A stretch of DNA of 64,000 nucleotides from Paraspadella gotoi. Lineage: Eukaryota; Animalia; Chaetognatha. The notes under the pieces are model-generated. The model saw only the letters and a list, made by a program, of their open reading frames with translations, searched no databases and had not been told where the DNA came from. Shown here piece by piece: positions 16,468 through 31,156 of the stretch. Positions within the stretch are counted from its first letter, which is position 1, and every line of letters begins with the position of its first letter. The position numbers and the translations under genes were made by a program. The stretch spans positions 25,862,767 through 25,926,766 of the forward strand of contig CM119265.1 of assembly GCA_051294375.1 (NCBI GenBank), in the 5' to 3' direction.

Positions 16468-19400
16468 GGTTTTTCGTCGTCAGTAAGCCGGCGTAGTTGA
16501 ACAATTCGATTTTATTCCCGACGTCGCTGAGCCCAGCGCGACGGTCAGTCTGTCACCGAGGCGTGCGACAAACATCGCGAAAACGCGATGCGATAAAAAA
16601 AACCCCGAGTAGAGGGACAAAGATAGCGAGTATGAACTCGCCGCGGAAAAAAAAAGTGGTTGCGGATCGAAAGTCAATTTTTCGCGCGTAATTTGATTTA
16701 TTCCTTTCCACAGGAAAATTTTTTTTCTCTCGTGGACTCCGAATCGAGAGGAAAAAAAACCAACCTCAAAAGCGGGATCTGAAAAAAAGAGAGAAGAGAA
16801 GAGAGATATTTTAGTGAAATTGTAGAAAAGTAGTACGCATTTCTAGAAATCGCCAAAGTTTTCTAAGAAATTCGTTGCACTTTAAGTTGCGTGCCGATTT
16901 CGAAAGATTTAAACGTCAATGTGGAAATAGTTTGGCTAATGGTTACTAGTCTAACAGTCATTACATGCGATTTTATCCAATTAAAAAGGCTTTGATCCGA
17001 TTTTAATTAAATGTTCATTAATCGACCGCGCAAATTTCGTCTATTTTTGGGTTATATAATCGTCATATTTGTTGAGGACAGCGTCGGCGGTTCCGGCATT
17101 ACCTTCGGCGGCTTTCGCGCCCCGAATTTTTCCCAACCGCATTGGTTTTTTTTCTTCTAAGTTTTATTTTTTTTTATTTTTTCGCGAGACAGAAGAGAGT
17201 TGGAAGAAATTGGATCTTTTCGGAAATCCGCGCCTTTTTATATTTCAAAGTTGTTCGATCGAAATCGCTTTCGAGAAAAAAAAAAGATGATTCAAAAGAG
17301 AGTGATGCGAGAGAGAGGAGAGAGAGAGAGACGAGAGAGGAGAGAGAAAGAGAGAGAATGTCGCCGATATAAAAATTAATCCCTTTCGTCCATCCGAATG
17401 AAGGTCCCAAAACTTGAGGCAACCGGAACGCGGCGTCGTCTGGTTCGTCGTCGTCGTTCGTCGGTCGTCGGTGTCATGGTCGTTAACGGCTGGAGAATTC
17501 TCGATCGCGAAAAAAAAATTGGAGGGCGAATCGAAAAAGACTGAAAAAGTCCCTTGACGGCGAAAGATCGGGGGGGAAAATTGAGTTGATGGTGAAAAAT
17601 GACTAAGATAAAAATGGTGAGGTCAGGAATTTGAAAAAGAACGGGAAAGTATGTTTACACATAACAAGCGTAAAAAGAATGTGCAAAAAGAAGAAAGAAG
17701 TTAAGTCATAAATGAGATGGTGAAGACAATTTTTTATGCCCAAATTTGGATTTTTGCCCTCTGATAAAACAGACAGAAATTGATTCTGGGGAAGCAAAGC
17801 TAATTAATGAGCGAAAGACCAAAAAACAAGAGAATTCATTGCAAATTTCCAAGCTTTAAGGCCTGTTAGTCATAGGCCCTTATTTTTTAGAGCATTAGGT
17901 AGTAAGTTCATCAGTTCCGTGGGCAATATTGCTTCTCGTTTTCTTAAATATTATTATAAATTTCTCTCAAAACTACTTCGTCGCTGTGTTGTTGTTTTCA
18001 TGACATCGGGGGAAAATTTACCGATATCACCCAAAATTAAAAAAAAAAATCCTAATAAAATAAAAAAAAGGTTCGGACGTTTGCAACGGACAAGCCCGCG
18101 CCGGATCGGGCAAAATCAGTGAGGATTCATTCACTGGCGGTTGAGTTGAAACTGACTCGGCTCCAGTAGGCGGGGCGGAATTACCCACTAATAAAATGGA
18201 GCGTGAAGTCACAGTAAATTAATCGATATTGTTGTTTATCTTTTACGCACTAAAGAATAGTCGAAACCATTTCTGCGAATGACGTAGAAATTTGAGAAAA
18301 GGAACAAAGAAGTAGATAGTTTTCACTGGCTATCGTTTATGTTTAATATCATTGAGGTACTGCCTGTGTTTATTATTGAGGCGACTTTAGAGAGAAGACC
18401 GGTGGAAGTCGCCTCTTATGCTTGTAAAGAAGAGGAGCCTAACCCACCAGCCCTGAAAACCCAGGTGATAGATAGTCTATTTATTAAATGATGAAATAAT
18501 TTTATTATTCAGTATGTCCCATATACAATTTTAATTTTCTTTATAATATAACTTTTCATTCTCCGATAAATCTCGAAATTTTAATTCATACTAATTTTTT
18601 TCCTTTGGATCGAAACATTTTTTTTAATTCTCGCTCTCCGTCGAACAGAAACGCGAAGAGGATCGACTCCCAGACAACCAAATCGATCATTGATGTCTCC
18701 CGTTTGGCGAAAGTTAAAAAGAAATTAATCGTCTCGCCAAGCGTCTAACCGCTTTTTCAAAGTCGCAAAAAATCATTTTCGTTGACCGCTCGCCTCCGTC
18801 ACCCGCGCCGCCCCTTGCCTCTCGCCCCCCCCCCATACGATACCTGATCGTTCGCACGTGACCCGGTTGGCAATAAGCGGCGACACTACTTTCGTGATGT
18901 CCCCATGAAGACCGAAGGCTCCATATAATAATTTTTTTTTTCGTGGTGAATAATTGTTTATCTCTCTCTTTTTCCCAAAGAACTTCCCCTTCGCTCCCCT
19001 CAAAAAGTCCTTCTTCTCTTTGTGATGTAAAACCTCTTTCCTTCTGTTTATAAATTCTTTTCCTCGCCACTCTCTCTTTCTCTGAGCTATAAATATCCTG
19101 GTTCGAGTTCCTTTCCCTCCTCCGCTACCTTTTTTTCTTTATTACTCATTGTAATTCAATCGAAGACTTGATTCCGTCCTCGGGTCATATCGACTTTTCC
19201 GTCATCTTCCCCCCCTTACCATTTTTCCTTACAATTCGTCGATGTGTTTTTCTCTCGTTGTGTTGTTGTTGTTGTATCCCTTCATTTCAGACTATAGAAT
19301 TACTCGTCTTTATCGCCGCAATTTTACCATCCCCTTTCCATTTATGAAATTTCAAAATTACTTGGTTATAACTATCGATAGCTTTTTTTTTTTATTTAAA

Positions 19401-22400
19401 AATCATTTATGATTTATTGTTGTATTTTTGTGTTTAATTTTAATCAATATTATTTATCAGTATGTATATATTGTTATAATTTCAGTTTATCCCTATTTTT
19501 GAGAGGCATGATCTGGTAGTTGTATATTAGAGAATTAGTAATTTGATTAAAGAATATTCTTTGAAGTTCATGAGAAAGTAACTTTAAGAGAAAACGTCGT
19601 CTTTTCCATGGTGGCTCGGATTTCGAATAAATTTAGGTACCATTCGACGTGGAAATTACTCTAGTTACTGAAATAAAATTCATTCAAATCGGTCACGCGG
19701 TCAAAAGTTATGGACAAAAATGGAGAAAATAGGCCTTCCGATGGGATCAACTTTCGCCGCTCAAACGAGCGAAAAAAAGTGGGTTAATAAGATTGAACGT
19801 ACGTAGTCTAACTTTAGTCCGACGGAATCGACGGTAAAGCCGAAATCCTCGTTCGGGCTGAATAGAAAATAAGAGTGTAAATTACGGAGCTGACTACGGA
19901 AAGAAAATGTGATATTAGGAAAACAATTCAGATCGTTTCAGATCGGCGTCGTTATTAACGACGCCGATTCTGACGACGTGAATACTCTCCACAAAGACGT
20001 CAAACACGCGTGGTGAAGCCGATACGGCGACGTCAATGTCATGCACTTTATATCGGTTATTTGCTAGCACATACCAAATGAAATAAGTTGAATGCAATCA
20101 ATTTTCATTTCCTAAGAATATTTAATCACTTTAAAAACAGAAAAAGTTTGATTAACCCACATACAAGGGGTGGGACCCATATCGAAGATAAAAACTTAAC
20201 GTCCTGCCATGTCAGAAAAAAATAAACTTTTGTAAAATAAGTTTCATAATATTTATGTTAAAGCTGCGAAAAAATGAAGAAAAAACAGTTTATCATAAAT
20301 AGTGAAAAAGTAAAGAATTTTTTTGAGCTTTTTTAAAAAATTAAACACTGTCGCTGGAGTAACTGGACGACGGTCGTCCTGAGCGTGACTTCGATAAACG
20401 GATCCCTCTCCGTGGTTCTTTGCAAAAACTACAGCACCCCGCCCGATCTTGACGGCGTTAGCCCATCCTCCGGCATAAACCGAGGGCGGGATCCTGAAGA
20501 AAGGGTAAAACGGGGTGGAGGAATTTTCCGTGGTCGATGTAAAACTGATGGTCTGTGGGGACGCCGCCGAATGATGGGAAAAAGTCGTTTGTGGTGGAGG
20601 CGAACCTTTGGCGTAGTTCGTATGATAGCCGGTCTTTGGAAACGTCGGTGGCGGCGCGACAAGAGCGAGCCCGATCGTCGAGCGTGGCCCAATAAAGTAT
20701 CCTCAGCGAGAACGAGCGTCACACCCCAAGTCCCAGAAGAGGCGACGGCGCAGAATAATGGGAACCAAGATAGCGACGGAGGTAAATACGAAGGAGATTC
20801 AGTCGATAAACGCCGATAAGTTATCTCCTTGGGCGTTCGGAAAAGGTGGGGTCAGAGGTCACCGTTCAGACAAATTCTAAATTTAACAGACAGTAATAAA
20901 TACTACTTACTAATATAAAAGTAATCACTATTGGAAACACAAACCAGTTACAAATCACAAATCAAATACGCAAATACGGAGACCGACGGAGATTAAAACA
21001 TACTATATAAATATATATATATTAAAGTTAAAGCGCACCATACAATACCAAAGTAAGAAAAACAAAATATTAAAAAGTAAATACGAGTCCCATGCATGAA
21101 TCTCATACAAGGCAGACGATCAGAACACCATGATGGAAAAAAAAATTGTCCGCGCGTTTTTTGAAAAGTTATTAATTTCATTATCAATATATTTTTAGTA
21201 TAATTAATAATAATAATTAATCAATTAAATCGATTCAAAACAAACATTTCAGATCAAAAATTGCTTAATTAATTAAAATAATTAACTTAATAATAAATTA
21301 TTAATAAATTAAATACTTGGATAATGAATCGTAAGGCAAAGTCCTGAACATGGTGCTCCAACTTGTACCAAATAAAAAATAAACATACAAACGACGCGTC
21401 ACCATCCGATTTCTTACCCGCGACTCGACAAATCCGTCGACCAGCGCACGTCCCCCCACGTGTCTGCCGCAGACCTACTAGCTGGCCGTCACGCCTCGCA
21501 TTGCCTGTGTGCCCGGTCTGCGCAACCCACTCGGCTTCTCGCACCACTCTCGCTCCTCTGGCTCTCCCGTCGATCAATCTATAGCGCGACTGACATTCTC
21601 TCCGTCGCTGAGCTCTACGTCCTCTGCGCGACAGAGTCGTGACACATCATTTCATCGACCATGCATTGACAGGCAATTCTTTGATTGATCTTGCAGTCCT
21701 CAACTTGTCACTCTCCTCAGCGTGTTAACCGCATGATCTGCAGTCATATGGCACAAAGGAAGCTATATACTCCTATCTCGCCATGATACATCTTTCGAAC
21801 CGCATTCTTGCCTCCCATCATCACCTTCTACCTTACAATATCCGTCCCTACTACCGCACTCCCATCTCACTGCGCCCAGCATTCATCGACTCCTCGAAAT
21901 CCACGTCCTGCATATCCCCGCCTACCGGTCACGGTCATCTGCAATCATTCGAATTTCTCGTCGGATGCACTATACTTCAGCCTACTCAGCCGGTCTTCTG
22001 CCTCATTGTATGCTCGCCTAATCCCTGTGAATCATCATCCGACCCGCTGCTTCTTCTACATAATAATCCTGTTCTACGCCGAACACACTAGCGATCGTTT
22101 ACGTACTGACATCGTTAAGTTCAATGCTTAACTTGCCTACCGCTAGCGTCCTTACTACTTGATGTCGACATCCAATCTCTCTTGCACTATAAACCCAGAC
22201 TCTCATATCTACTAGCTACCCTCATACCGTCTCTTCCCGCACATCCTCTGATCACTGACACTAACGGACCCGTATGTTTTCGAAACCATTTCTATCATCT
22301 GGCCCGCGCGCGTTTCTATCCATTGTACTCTACGCTGACACGACCGCTACGATACTAGTGCATGCCCCTACATCAATAAGCACACCACGACTAGCCACCT

Positions 22401-25400
22401 CACCCATACGCACATAACTATACACTCTTCCTCACGTATCCTCTAACTAATCATTCCTTTCGTAGCCACAACACGACTATACAGATGCTGAGCCTGATCA
22501 GCTAAAACACATGTCAGATCTGCCGTACGATTCACATATCAGTAGCATTTAACTTATAATAAATTAACTCGTGTCAACCATCATGTACTTCTGTAATCTT
22601 ATGTCATCATTTATCCTATGGCAATTTATATGGCATACAATCTTCTGATCCACTGCTTAAAGTAGTGTTACGTTCTGGACATCCGGTGACAATCATATAC
22701 TGATCAATCTCACTATATTATCTAAGACTATACTAAAAATTATACTTTCGATAATGAAATTAACTTTAACTTTTTCATAAACCGCGACATATTTTTTCTC
22801 CTCATTACATGTAGTCCTTTCATGATCGCTTCTGGCCCTCTCTCGCTATATCGCTGCGATAATCATGGCAACTGGACCTCGTATTTACTATATTTCAACT
22901 ATTGGACTTTTCTCCTCTACTTTCAGCTATTACCTTTTAAGTGAATATGTGCTACTCCTTAGTCTGGTCATAATACAGCGATCACTCCTATATCGTCACA
23001 GTCACGCTACGATCTCCACTCAGTCTTCACACCTATACCGCTCCTCTGACTAATAGTTCACTTGTATCTTATACTACACTCACTTCTCGCTTCGCGTCTC
23101 CCTCGACATTCATATTCCTTCAGTGCGGTATTATGCATATGTGACCTGTCAACTTGTCTATGCTGCTCATTCATGACTTTGGGTCAATGTACTACATTTA
23201 CATTATACCTTACAGTATAACTATGGTACTTACTCACTCGTCTTCGGTCTTATAAATTTAGAAATTCTTGCTCTTCTGACGCCAAGGTGCACACATCCCT
23301 CTGACCCGACGACGCCCCTTTCCGACGCCAGGAGATAACTTATCGGCTTACACTGAATCTTTCCTTCGTCATTACCTCCGTCGCTATCTTCGGTTTCCAT
23401 TATTCTGCGCCGTCGCCTCTTCCGTGACTTGGGGGTGGTGACGCTCTTCTCCGACTGAGGATACTTTATGGGGCAACGCTCGACGATCGGGCTCGCTCCT
23501 GTCGCCGCCCGCCACCAGGACCGCCTTACCCAAGACACCCGAACTATCACTACGAAACTACGCCAAAGGCTTCCCCTCCACCACCAAAACGACTTATTCG
23601 CCCATCATCTGCCCGGCCGGCGTCCCGCAACAAGACCATCAGTTTTTACATCCGGACCCGACGAAAAATTCCTCCCAACCTTCCGTTACCCTTCCTATCA
23701 AGGATTCCCGCCCTCGATAATGCGGCAGGATGCGACTACGCGTACAAAGGACTCGCGCCGCTGCTGTTAGTTTTGCAAAGGAACCACGGCAGGAGGGAAT
23801 CCGTTTTATCGAAGTTCATCGCTCAAGACGACAGTTCTGTCCAGTTCTCACGGACAGTGTATTAAATTTTAAAAAAGTCAAAAATTCTTTACTTTTTCAC
23901 TATTATATGATAAACTGTTTTTTCATCTTTTCGCAGTTTTCAGACATATAAAATAATTATGCAAAACTCTATCTTTACCAAAAGTTTCTTATTTTTTTAC
24001 TGACATGGCAGGACGTTAATTTTTTATCTCCGATATAGGGTCCCACCCCTGTATGGTGGTATACAAACTTTTTCTGTTTAAAGTGATTAAATATTCTTAG
24101 AAAATGAAAAAAATTGGATTGCCATTCAAACTTTATTCATTTGCGTATGTGTAGCAAAAACGCATAAAAAGTGCTGACATTGGACGTCGCCGCTATCTGG
24201 CTTCACCACGCGTGCTGACGTCTTTGAGGGAGGAGTATTCAGCGTCGTCAGATCGCGTCGTTAATAACGACGCCGATCTGAACGACTCGAATTCGCTTTC
24301 CTATATCAACATTTTCTTTCCGTAGTCCAGCTCCGTAATTTACCCTTAATTTCTATTCAGCCCGGAACGAGGATTTCGGCTTTACCCGTCGATTCCGTCG
24401 GACTAAAGATTAGAACTACGTAGTTCAAATCTTATTGTTAACCACCTTCTCCGCTCTTTGAGCGGCGAACAGTTGATCCCTCGGATAGGCCCTATTTTTT
24501 CCTCGTTTTTTTGTCCATTAACTTTTGAACGCGTTTGACCGATTTGAATGAAAATTTCCTATTCAGTAAACTTAGACGTAATTGCCACGTCGATCGGGTA
24601 CCAAAATTTATCGAAATTCGAGCCACCAGAAAAAAGACGACGTTTTCTTCTAAGTTATTTCTCATGAACTTCAAAGAAAGTTCTTTAATTCACAATACTA
24701 ATTATCCAAATTATACAAAACTACCAGAATCATGCCTCTCAAAAATAGTGATAAAACTAGAAATTATTAAACAAATAAATATACATATCGATAAAATAAT
24801 ATTAGAATTAAAATAACACACAAAGAAAAAACAAAAAAAAAATATTTTAAAATAAAAAAAAAGAAAAGCTATCCGATAGTTAACCAAGTTAATTTTGAAT
24901 TTTCATAATGAAAGTGGGATGGTAAAATTGACGGCGATAAAGACGAGCGTAAATACTAATAGTCTGAAATGAAGGGACGATAAACAACAACTACAACAAA
25001 CAACGAGAGAAAAAAACATCGACGTAATTGTAAGAAAATGGGTTGAAGGGGGGGGGGAAAGCGATGCACGGAAAAGTCGCATATAGACCGAGGAATGCAA
25101 TTCAGTCTACGATTGAATTACAATGAGTAATAAGAAAGAAAAGGTAGCGGAGGGAGGCAAAGGAACTCGAAACCAGGATATTTATAGCTCAGAGAAAGGA
25201 GAGAGGCGAGGAAAAGAACTTTATAAACAAGCGAGAAGAGGTTTTACATCACAAAGAGAAAGAAGGAACTTTTTGACGGCGAAGGCGGGAGCTTCTGGAA
25301 AAAAGAGAAGAGATAAAACAATTATTCACCAGACGAAAAAAAATATATATACGGAGCCTCGATCTTCACGTGGCGAACATCACGAAGTAGGTCGCGCTTT

Positions 25401-26828
25401 ATTGCAACCGGGTCACGCTTGCGAAAACGACAGATATCGTAGTGGGGGGGGGCGAGAGGAAGGCGGCGGGCGGGCGTGACGGATGTTCGAGCGTCAGATA
25501 CGAAAAATGATTTTTTCGACTTGATACAAAAAGCGGTTAACGCTTGCCGAGACGATTAATTCTTTTTAACTTTCGAACGCGGAGACATCAATTGATCGAT
25601 TGTTGTCTGGGGAGGATCGATTCCTCTTCGCGTTTTCTGTTCGACGGAGAGCGCAGAAATTTAAAAAAAAATGTTTCGATCCAAAAGGGAAAAAAAAATT
25701 GTAACGAATTAAAATTTCGAGATTTATCGAGAATGAAAAAGTAATATTATAAAAGAAAATTTAAATTGATATTGGAACAACTAAGATTAAAAATTTATCC
25801 ATCCATTAATAAATAGACTATCTTGCACCTGAGGTTTTCAGGGCAATAGGGGTTAAGGCTTCCTCTTTCTTACAAGATAATGAGGCCCGACTTACCAACC
25901 GGTCTCTCTCTCTAAAGTCGCCTCCAATAATAAACACAGCCAGCTAACCCTCAAATGATATTAAAACATGAAAACGAGTATCCAGGTGCAAAACTATCTA
26001 CTTCTTGTTCCTTTTCCTCTCAAATTTCTACGTCATTCGCAAGAATGGTTCGAACTATTCTAGTGCGTAAAAGATTAAAACAATATCGATTAATTACTGT
26101 GACTTCACGCCTCCATTTTTATTAGTCGGATAATTCCGCCCCCTATGGAGCCGAGTCCGAGTGTTCACTCAACTCGCCAGTGAATAATCCTCACTGATTT
26201 GCCCGCATCCGGCGCTGGGCTGTCCGGCAACGTCCGACCTTTTTTGATTTTCATTTAGGATTTTTTTTTTTAANNNNNNNNNNNNNNNNNNNNNNNNNAT
26301 TTTGGGTGATATCGGTTAAATTTCCCCCGATGTCATGAAAACAACAACAGCGACGAAGTATTTTGAGAATTTATAATAATATTTAAAGATAACGAGCAAT
26401 ATTGCCCACGGAACTGACTGAACTACTAACCTATGCTCTAAAAAATAAGGGCCTATGACTAACAGGCCTAATCAGCTTTGGAAATTGCAATGAATTCCTC
26501 TTGTTTTTTTGTCTTTCGCATTAATTAAGCTTTGCTTCCCAGAATCAATTTCGTCTGTTTTATCAGAGGCAAAAACCAAATTTGGTAAAAAATTGTTTCA
26601 TCATTTATGACTTTAATAATTTTCTCTTTTTGCACATTTCTTTTTACGCTTGTTATGTGTAAACATACTTTTCCCGTTCTTTTCAATCCTGACCTCACAT
26701 TTTATCTTAGTCATTTTCACCATCTCATGTTTTTCCCCCCCGATCTTTCGCCGTCAAGACTTTTCAAGTCTTTTTTCGATTCGCCCTCATTTTTTCGCGA
26801 TCGAGAATTCTCCAGCCGTTAACGACCA

Positions 26829-26859
<31 letters not shown>

Positions 26860-27804
26860 CACACCGACGACGACCCGACGTCCGTGTTTGCTCAAGTTTT
26901 GACCTCATCGATCGACGAAGGGATTATTTTTTTATACGCGACATTCTCTCTCTTTCTCACTCTCCGTCTCTCTCTCTCTCTCTCTCTCGCTCACTCTCTT
27001 TTGAATCATCTTTTTTTTTTCTCGAAAGTCGATTCGATCGAAAACTTTGAAATATAAAAAGGCGCGGATTTTCGAAAAGATCCAATTTCTCCAACTCTCT
27101 CTGTCTCGCGAAAAAATAAAAAAATAAAAACTTAGAAGAAAAAAACCAATGGCGTGTTGGGAAAAATCGGGGGCGCGAAGCCGCGAAGGTATGCGGACCG
27201 CGACGCTGTCCTCAACGAAATATGACGATTAATAACCAAAAATAGACGAAATTTGCGGTCGATTAATGAAACATTAATTAAACTCGAAAAAGCCTTTTTA
27301 ATTGGAATAAAATCGCATGTAATGACTGTTAGACAGTAACCATTAGCCAAACTATTTTCCACTTGACGTTTAAATCTTTCGAAAATCGCACGCAACTTAA
27401 GTGCAACGAATTTCTAGAAAACTTTGCGATTTCTAGGAAATGCGTAGCTAACGTTTTTTATCAAATTTTCACTAAAATATCTCTTCTCTCTCTCTCTTTT
27501 TTTCAGATCCGCTTTGAGGTTTTTTTTTTTCTCGATCGGAGTCACGAGAGAAAAAAAAAATTTTCCTGTGGAAAAGGAATAAATCAAATTACGGAGAAAA
27601 ATTGACTTTCGGATCCGCAACCACTTTTTTTTTTCCCGGCCGATTTCTCTCGTATCTTTGTCCCTCTCTCGGGGTTTTTTTATCGTCATCGCGTTTTTCG
27701 CAGTGTCGCCACGCCCGCTAGTGACAGACTGACCGTCGCGTGGCTCAGCGACGTCGGGATTAAAATCGAATGTCAACTACGCCGGCTTCTGACGACGAAA
27801 AACC
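16468..27804. repeat. Giant inverted duplication (arms ~16468-21200 and ~22730-27804) around a noise-like core
   Basis: 16468 ggtttttcgtcgtcag is the reverse complement of 27789-27804. The arms stay colinear inward (20350-20880 vs 23250-23870), with insertion noise increasing toward the centre. Confidence 0.92.
20162..20215. mobile_element. Tc1/mariner-type MITE terminus (same family as 62981-63090; mirrored at ~24003-24053)
   Basis: tacaaggggtgggacccatatcgaagataaaaacttaacgtcctgcc matches the TIR of the MITE in the anoctamin intron. Confidence 0.6.
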
Positions 27805-27974
27805 ACTCTTGCTCCAGTCGACCTAAATCTTTTAATACAACTCCTTCGACGGGTGCCTCTCCGGCGAATCTACGATCTACGGTTCGCCATTCCTCTTTTC
27901 TCGCTCTGCCGCGCCCTCTCTAAAGGCGCGACCCCACGCCCATCGTAAACATACCGCGTCGAAGGATCGTCAGT

Positions 27975-29296
27975 ATGACGGACTTTTTGATCTGCTGGAA
28001 AGTGAGATGCGATGAGCCGCAAGGACCGAGGGTGAGTGATTTACCTTATCCGACCTTACCTTACCTTACCAGTAACTGTCTTATAAAAATACGCGACGCC
28101 GCCCAGAGATTTATAGATTAGTTTTTTCTCTACCTCTTACGAAAAATTTCAGTTTACTTGTTTTACTACTTTAAAATTTTATATTAAAATTTAAAAATGG
28201 AAAAATTTTAAAAAAATTCTTTATATATTAGTTTTAATTATATTCTTTATACAAAGTATATTCATTTAAAATGTAATGGGAGAGGGATGTTAGTGTTGTC
28301 TTCTGGAAATAGAGTGATTATCTATACAACATTTATTGAAACTTTCAAAATATCTAAAAGTCTAAACAGAAAGGGGTGGAGATTTTAATTTGATATGGGA
28401 TTAAGGTTATTTATGATTCGTTATTGTTGAGGGTTAAGACTACAAAGTAGAATTGTATGTTCTGATAGGGATATAATAATTCAGGGTCTCTCTTGACGGA
28501 GAGATAAAAATAGAGGGACGGAGAGCGAGGGCCTTATCTTACTCATTCCAGAAAGATGAGTTCTCTTGTTTGCATAAGGGCTTTAACACAAAGGGGTAGG
28601 GGGGGAGGCGTCGGCGACTGATCGAGGTTTGATGAGCGGATAATCTTCCGAGGCCAAAGACCGCCGCTCTCATTCAGAGGTTATACGAGGGTCGGTTTTT
28701 GTTATTAATCCTATATTAGTTTGCTAAGTTATTAATTTGAAAGCCACCGACGTCTATTTTTAAGTTATTATTGCGGAGAAAACTAAAATATTTTTAAATT
28801 CTTTTTAAAACAATATCCATATTAAATTTATCTATTTTTTTAAATTTCCAGCGGCGAATCGACCGGACGATGATCGGTCCGCCCACGGACTTCAAACACA
28901 CGGCGCACATCGGCGCGGGAGACCACTTTAACTACAGCGACGTGAGTAGCCGATGTTGCCGTGGCGGGGGCGATGACTTCCTAGTTTATTAAGTCTAAGA
29001 TTATTAAAAAAGCTTAATATTCCGCGATATTAGTGAAAGAATTCGTTCCGAAACCATCTTTTCTTTTTCAGATTACCAACCACTCGACGCCGACCCAGGC
29101 CTCGGAGGGCTATTCCCTCTCCTCGGCGCCTCTCGGTATGGCGAGTCCGCCGTCACCGCCGGCCCTCCAACTCGCTGCCACGCCCCCTTCGCCCAACGGT
29201 CTCTCTTCTTACGAGAGTCAAGGGTCTCCCATCCACTTGGCCAATCTCCGGCCGATCGCCAACCCTTTGATCTCGAGCGGCCGCATTCGCACTTGA
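27975..29296 (+). CDS. CDC42SE: CDC42 small effector protein (SPEC family, CRIB motif), 123 aa, 3 exons
   Basis: Exons 27975-28031, 28852-28941, 29072-29296, all with GT-AG phase-0 introns. Protein MTDFLICWKVRCDEPQGPR/RRIDRTMIGPPTDFKHTAHIGAGD matches the family signature [24 protein letters not shown]. Confidence 0.92.
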
Positions 29297-30178
29297 TTCG
29301 GGCGCCTCTTCGCCCCCCCCCCCACCCTGCCCCTCTTCCCTTTCGATCGATATGGAAAAAGCAAGCGCGGTCGCCATGTCGACAACCGCCCCCCTCTCTC
29401 CGCCCTTCCTCCACTTCTTTCCTCGCGTTTACAAACTCCAGTCTTCAGACTCTTTCGACGACGCGATGGACGCTAAATTTTGTTTTTTTTTCTTTCGACT
29501 TCGATCAGAATCGCGTGTTTTTTTTTTTCTTTTCTGATATAAAACAAAACAAATCCCAAAGCGACGAAGTCCGGCGCCGGTTTCGCCGGAAATGACGGTG
29601 GGGGGAGCGTGGACTCGCGCATATCCGCTTGTCCGGCGCCGATTCGAGATTTGTGAGGGTAGCGTGACCACGCCCACGACCGTCGGGATCGACCGACGTC
29701 CTTGGGTCACCGAACCAAGTCAAGAGTGAAACAAAACAAAAAAAAAAGATTTAAAAGTGAAACAAAAGTCAATTCGTTATATCGCGGCATTTTTCTTTTT
29801 TTCTTTTTTCTCTTTCGCGGGATTAATATTATTTTTTTTCTCCGATGCTATTTTGTTGTTTTTTTTTCCAATTACGTGTCATCAACTGTATCACGAGTGC
29901 TTGTAACATTGTATGTATGTGCATAAACGACTTTGTTGATTTTTTGGTCCTGGTGAATGAGTCATTTGATTATTTTCTACTTTCGTTACGCTTCTGCTCA
30001 CTAATAAATACTAATGTAAAGAATTTACGAACAACTTTATTAGTAATTCACATTAGACAAAACTGTAAGATAAGTTATACTGTTGATATTTACAAACCAT
30101 TTTTTTTTTCAATTTAAAATGAAAAAAAAAAAGTGGCATGTTTTTTGTTGTCACAAAAAGGAAAACGTAAAAATACTA

Positions 30179-30650
30179 GTAGGGGTTGCCCCACTCAATA
30201 GGGTGAGTTAAAAATTTATAGAGTCCATGCTCAAACGAAAATTGATACATTTTTAAGTATACTTTCAATGAACTAATTTTTTTTATATGGCTCTATACCC
30301 TAGTAATTAATTTTGGAATATTTATTTATATATAGGAAAGGCCAAAAACTTTTTGAGAGTTATTAAATTTTAAGACCAGATTCAGATAGCTCATTAAAAG
30401 TTGTCTACACAAAGTATAATTCTTTTTGAAATATTTTTATAAGCGAGTCAAATATAAAAAAAACTTTAAAAAAGCATCATCTTTCGATGATTTTATCAAA
30501 ATAATTTAAGATTTAAAAATTATTTTTCTCTATATAGTAATATAATAATTTTAATTAGGCTAGTACCCTCAGAAGAAAGCATTTTAGACAAAAAATATTT
30601 TAATACCATGATCTTGATAGATTATTTTAACGCTGTATACATTAGCATTG
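30179..30650. mobile_element. AT-rich dispersed repeat (non-autonomous DNA-transposon-like); further copies at ~35908-37915, ~40860-41650, ~59695-60210, ~60680-61115
   Basis: Shared blocks gtaggggttgcc..gctcaaacgaaaatt, taggaaaggccaaaa..ttaagaccagattcag, catcatctttcgat and taccctcagaagaaagc recur across the copies. Confidence 0.75.
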
Positions 30651-31156
30651 GCTAATACAAGGAATAGAAATAAAAGGTACGAAGTTCTATCAAAGTTTCT
30701 CGTTGTTTTGTTCTGAAGCATTTTGGCTAAGTATCCCAACAGATGGCAGTGGAGACGGGAAAGTTTCCAGAAAAGACTAATCCTGTAATAATTAGGAGTT
30801 CTCTTGATAATATTCGAATGCTTCGAATTAAAAAGAATTAGGAAGTACGAGCCCTTGGAAAAAGTATCCTAAAGAAATTGTTTGTCTTTTGAAGTATAGG
30901 GTAAAGTTCCACACCACTTTTCTCGCTAAACTTGATATTTTTCAATTCTGTCTTTAAAAATATTCATATTTTTATTTGAAGCAAGATTGAGACCTTTGTA
31001 AATTCTAAAAAAAATACAAATTTAGTTAGTCTGAGATGTTTGGTTGTATTTTTTTTTTTTAAACATTAAGGAATAAATAAAATAGAAAGTTTACAAATTG
31101 TTCCGTTCATTAATTTACAACATAACTCGAACAAGATTTCGCCTCCCGAACTTTTT

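Noticed and set aside
21400-23230. Compositionally distinct, random-looking block that could suggest foreign DNA
   Set aside because: It contains insertion-riddled reverse-complement traces of 20880-21200, so it is best explained as low-quality read sequence.
30680-30950. Possible non-LTR retrotransposon fragment (RILSRELL...C..C...ETL)
   Set aside because: The motif match is too weak and interrupted by stops to support without a search.
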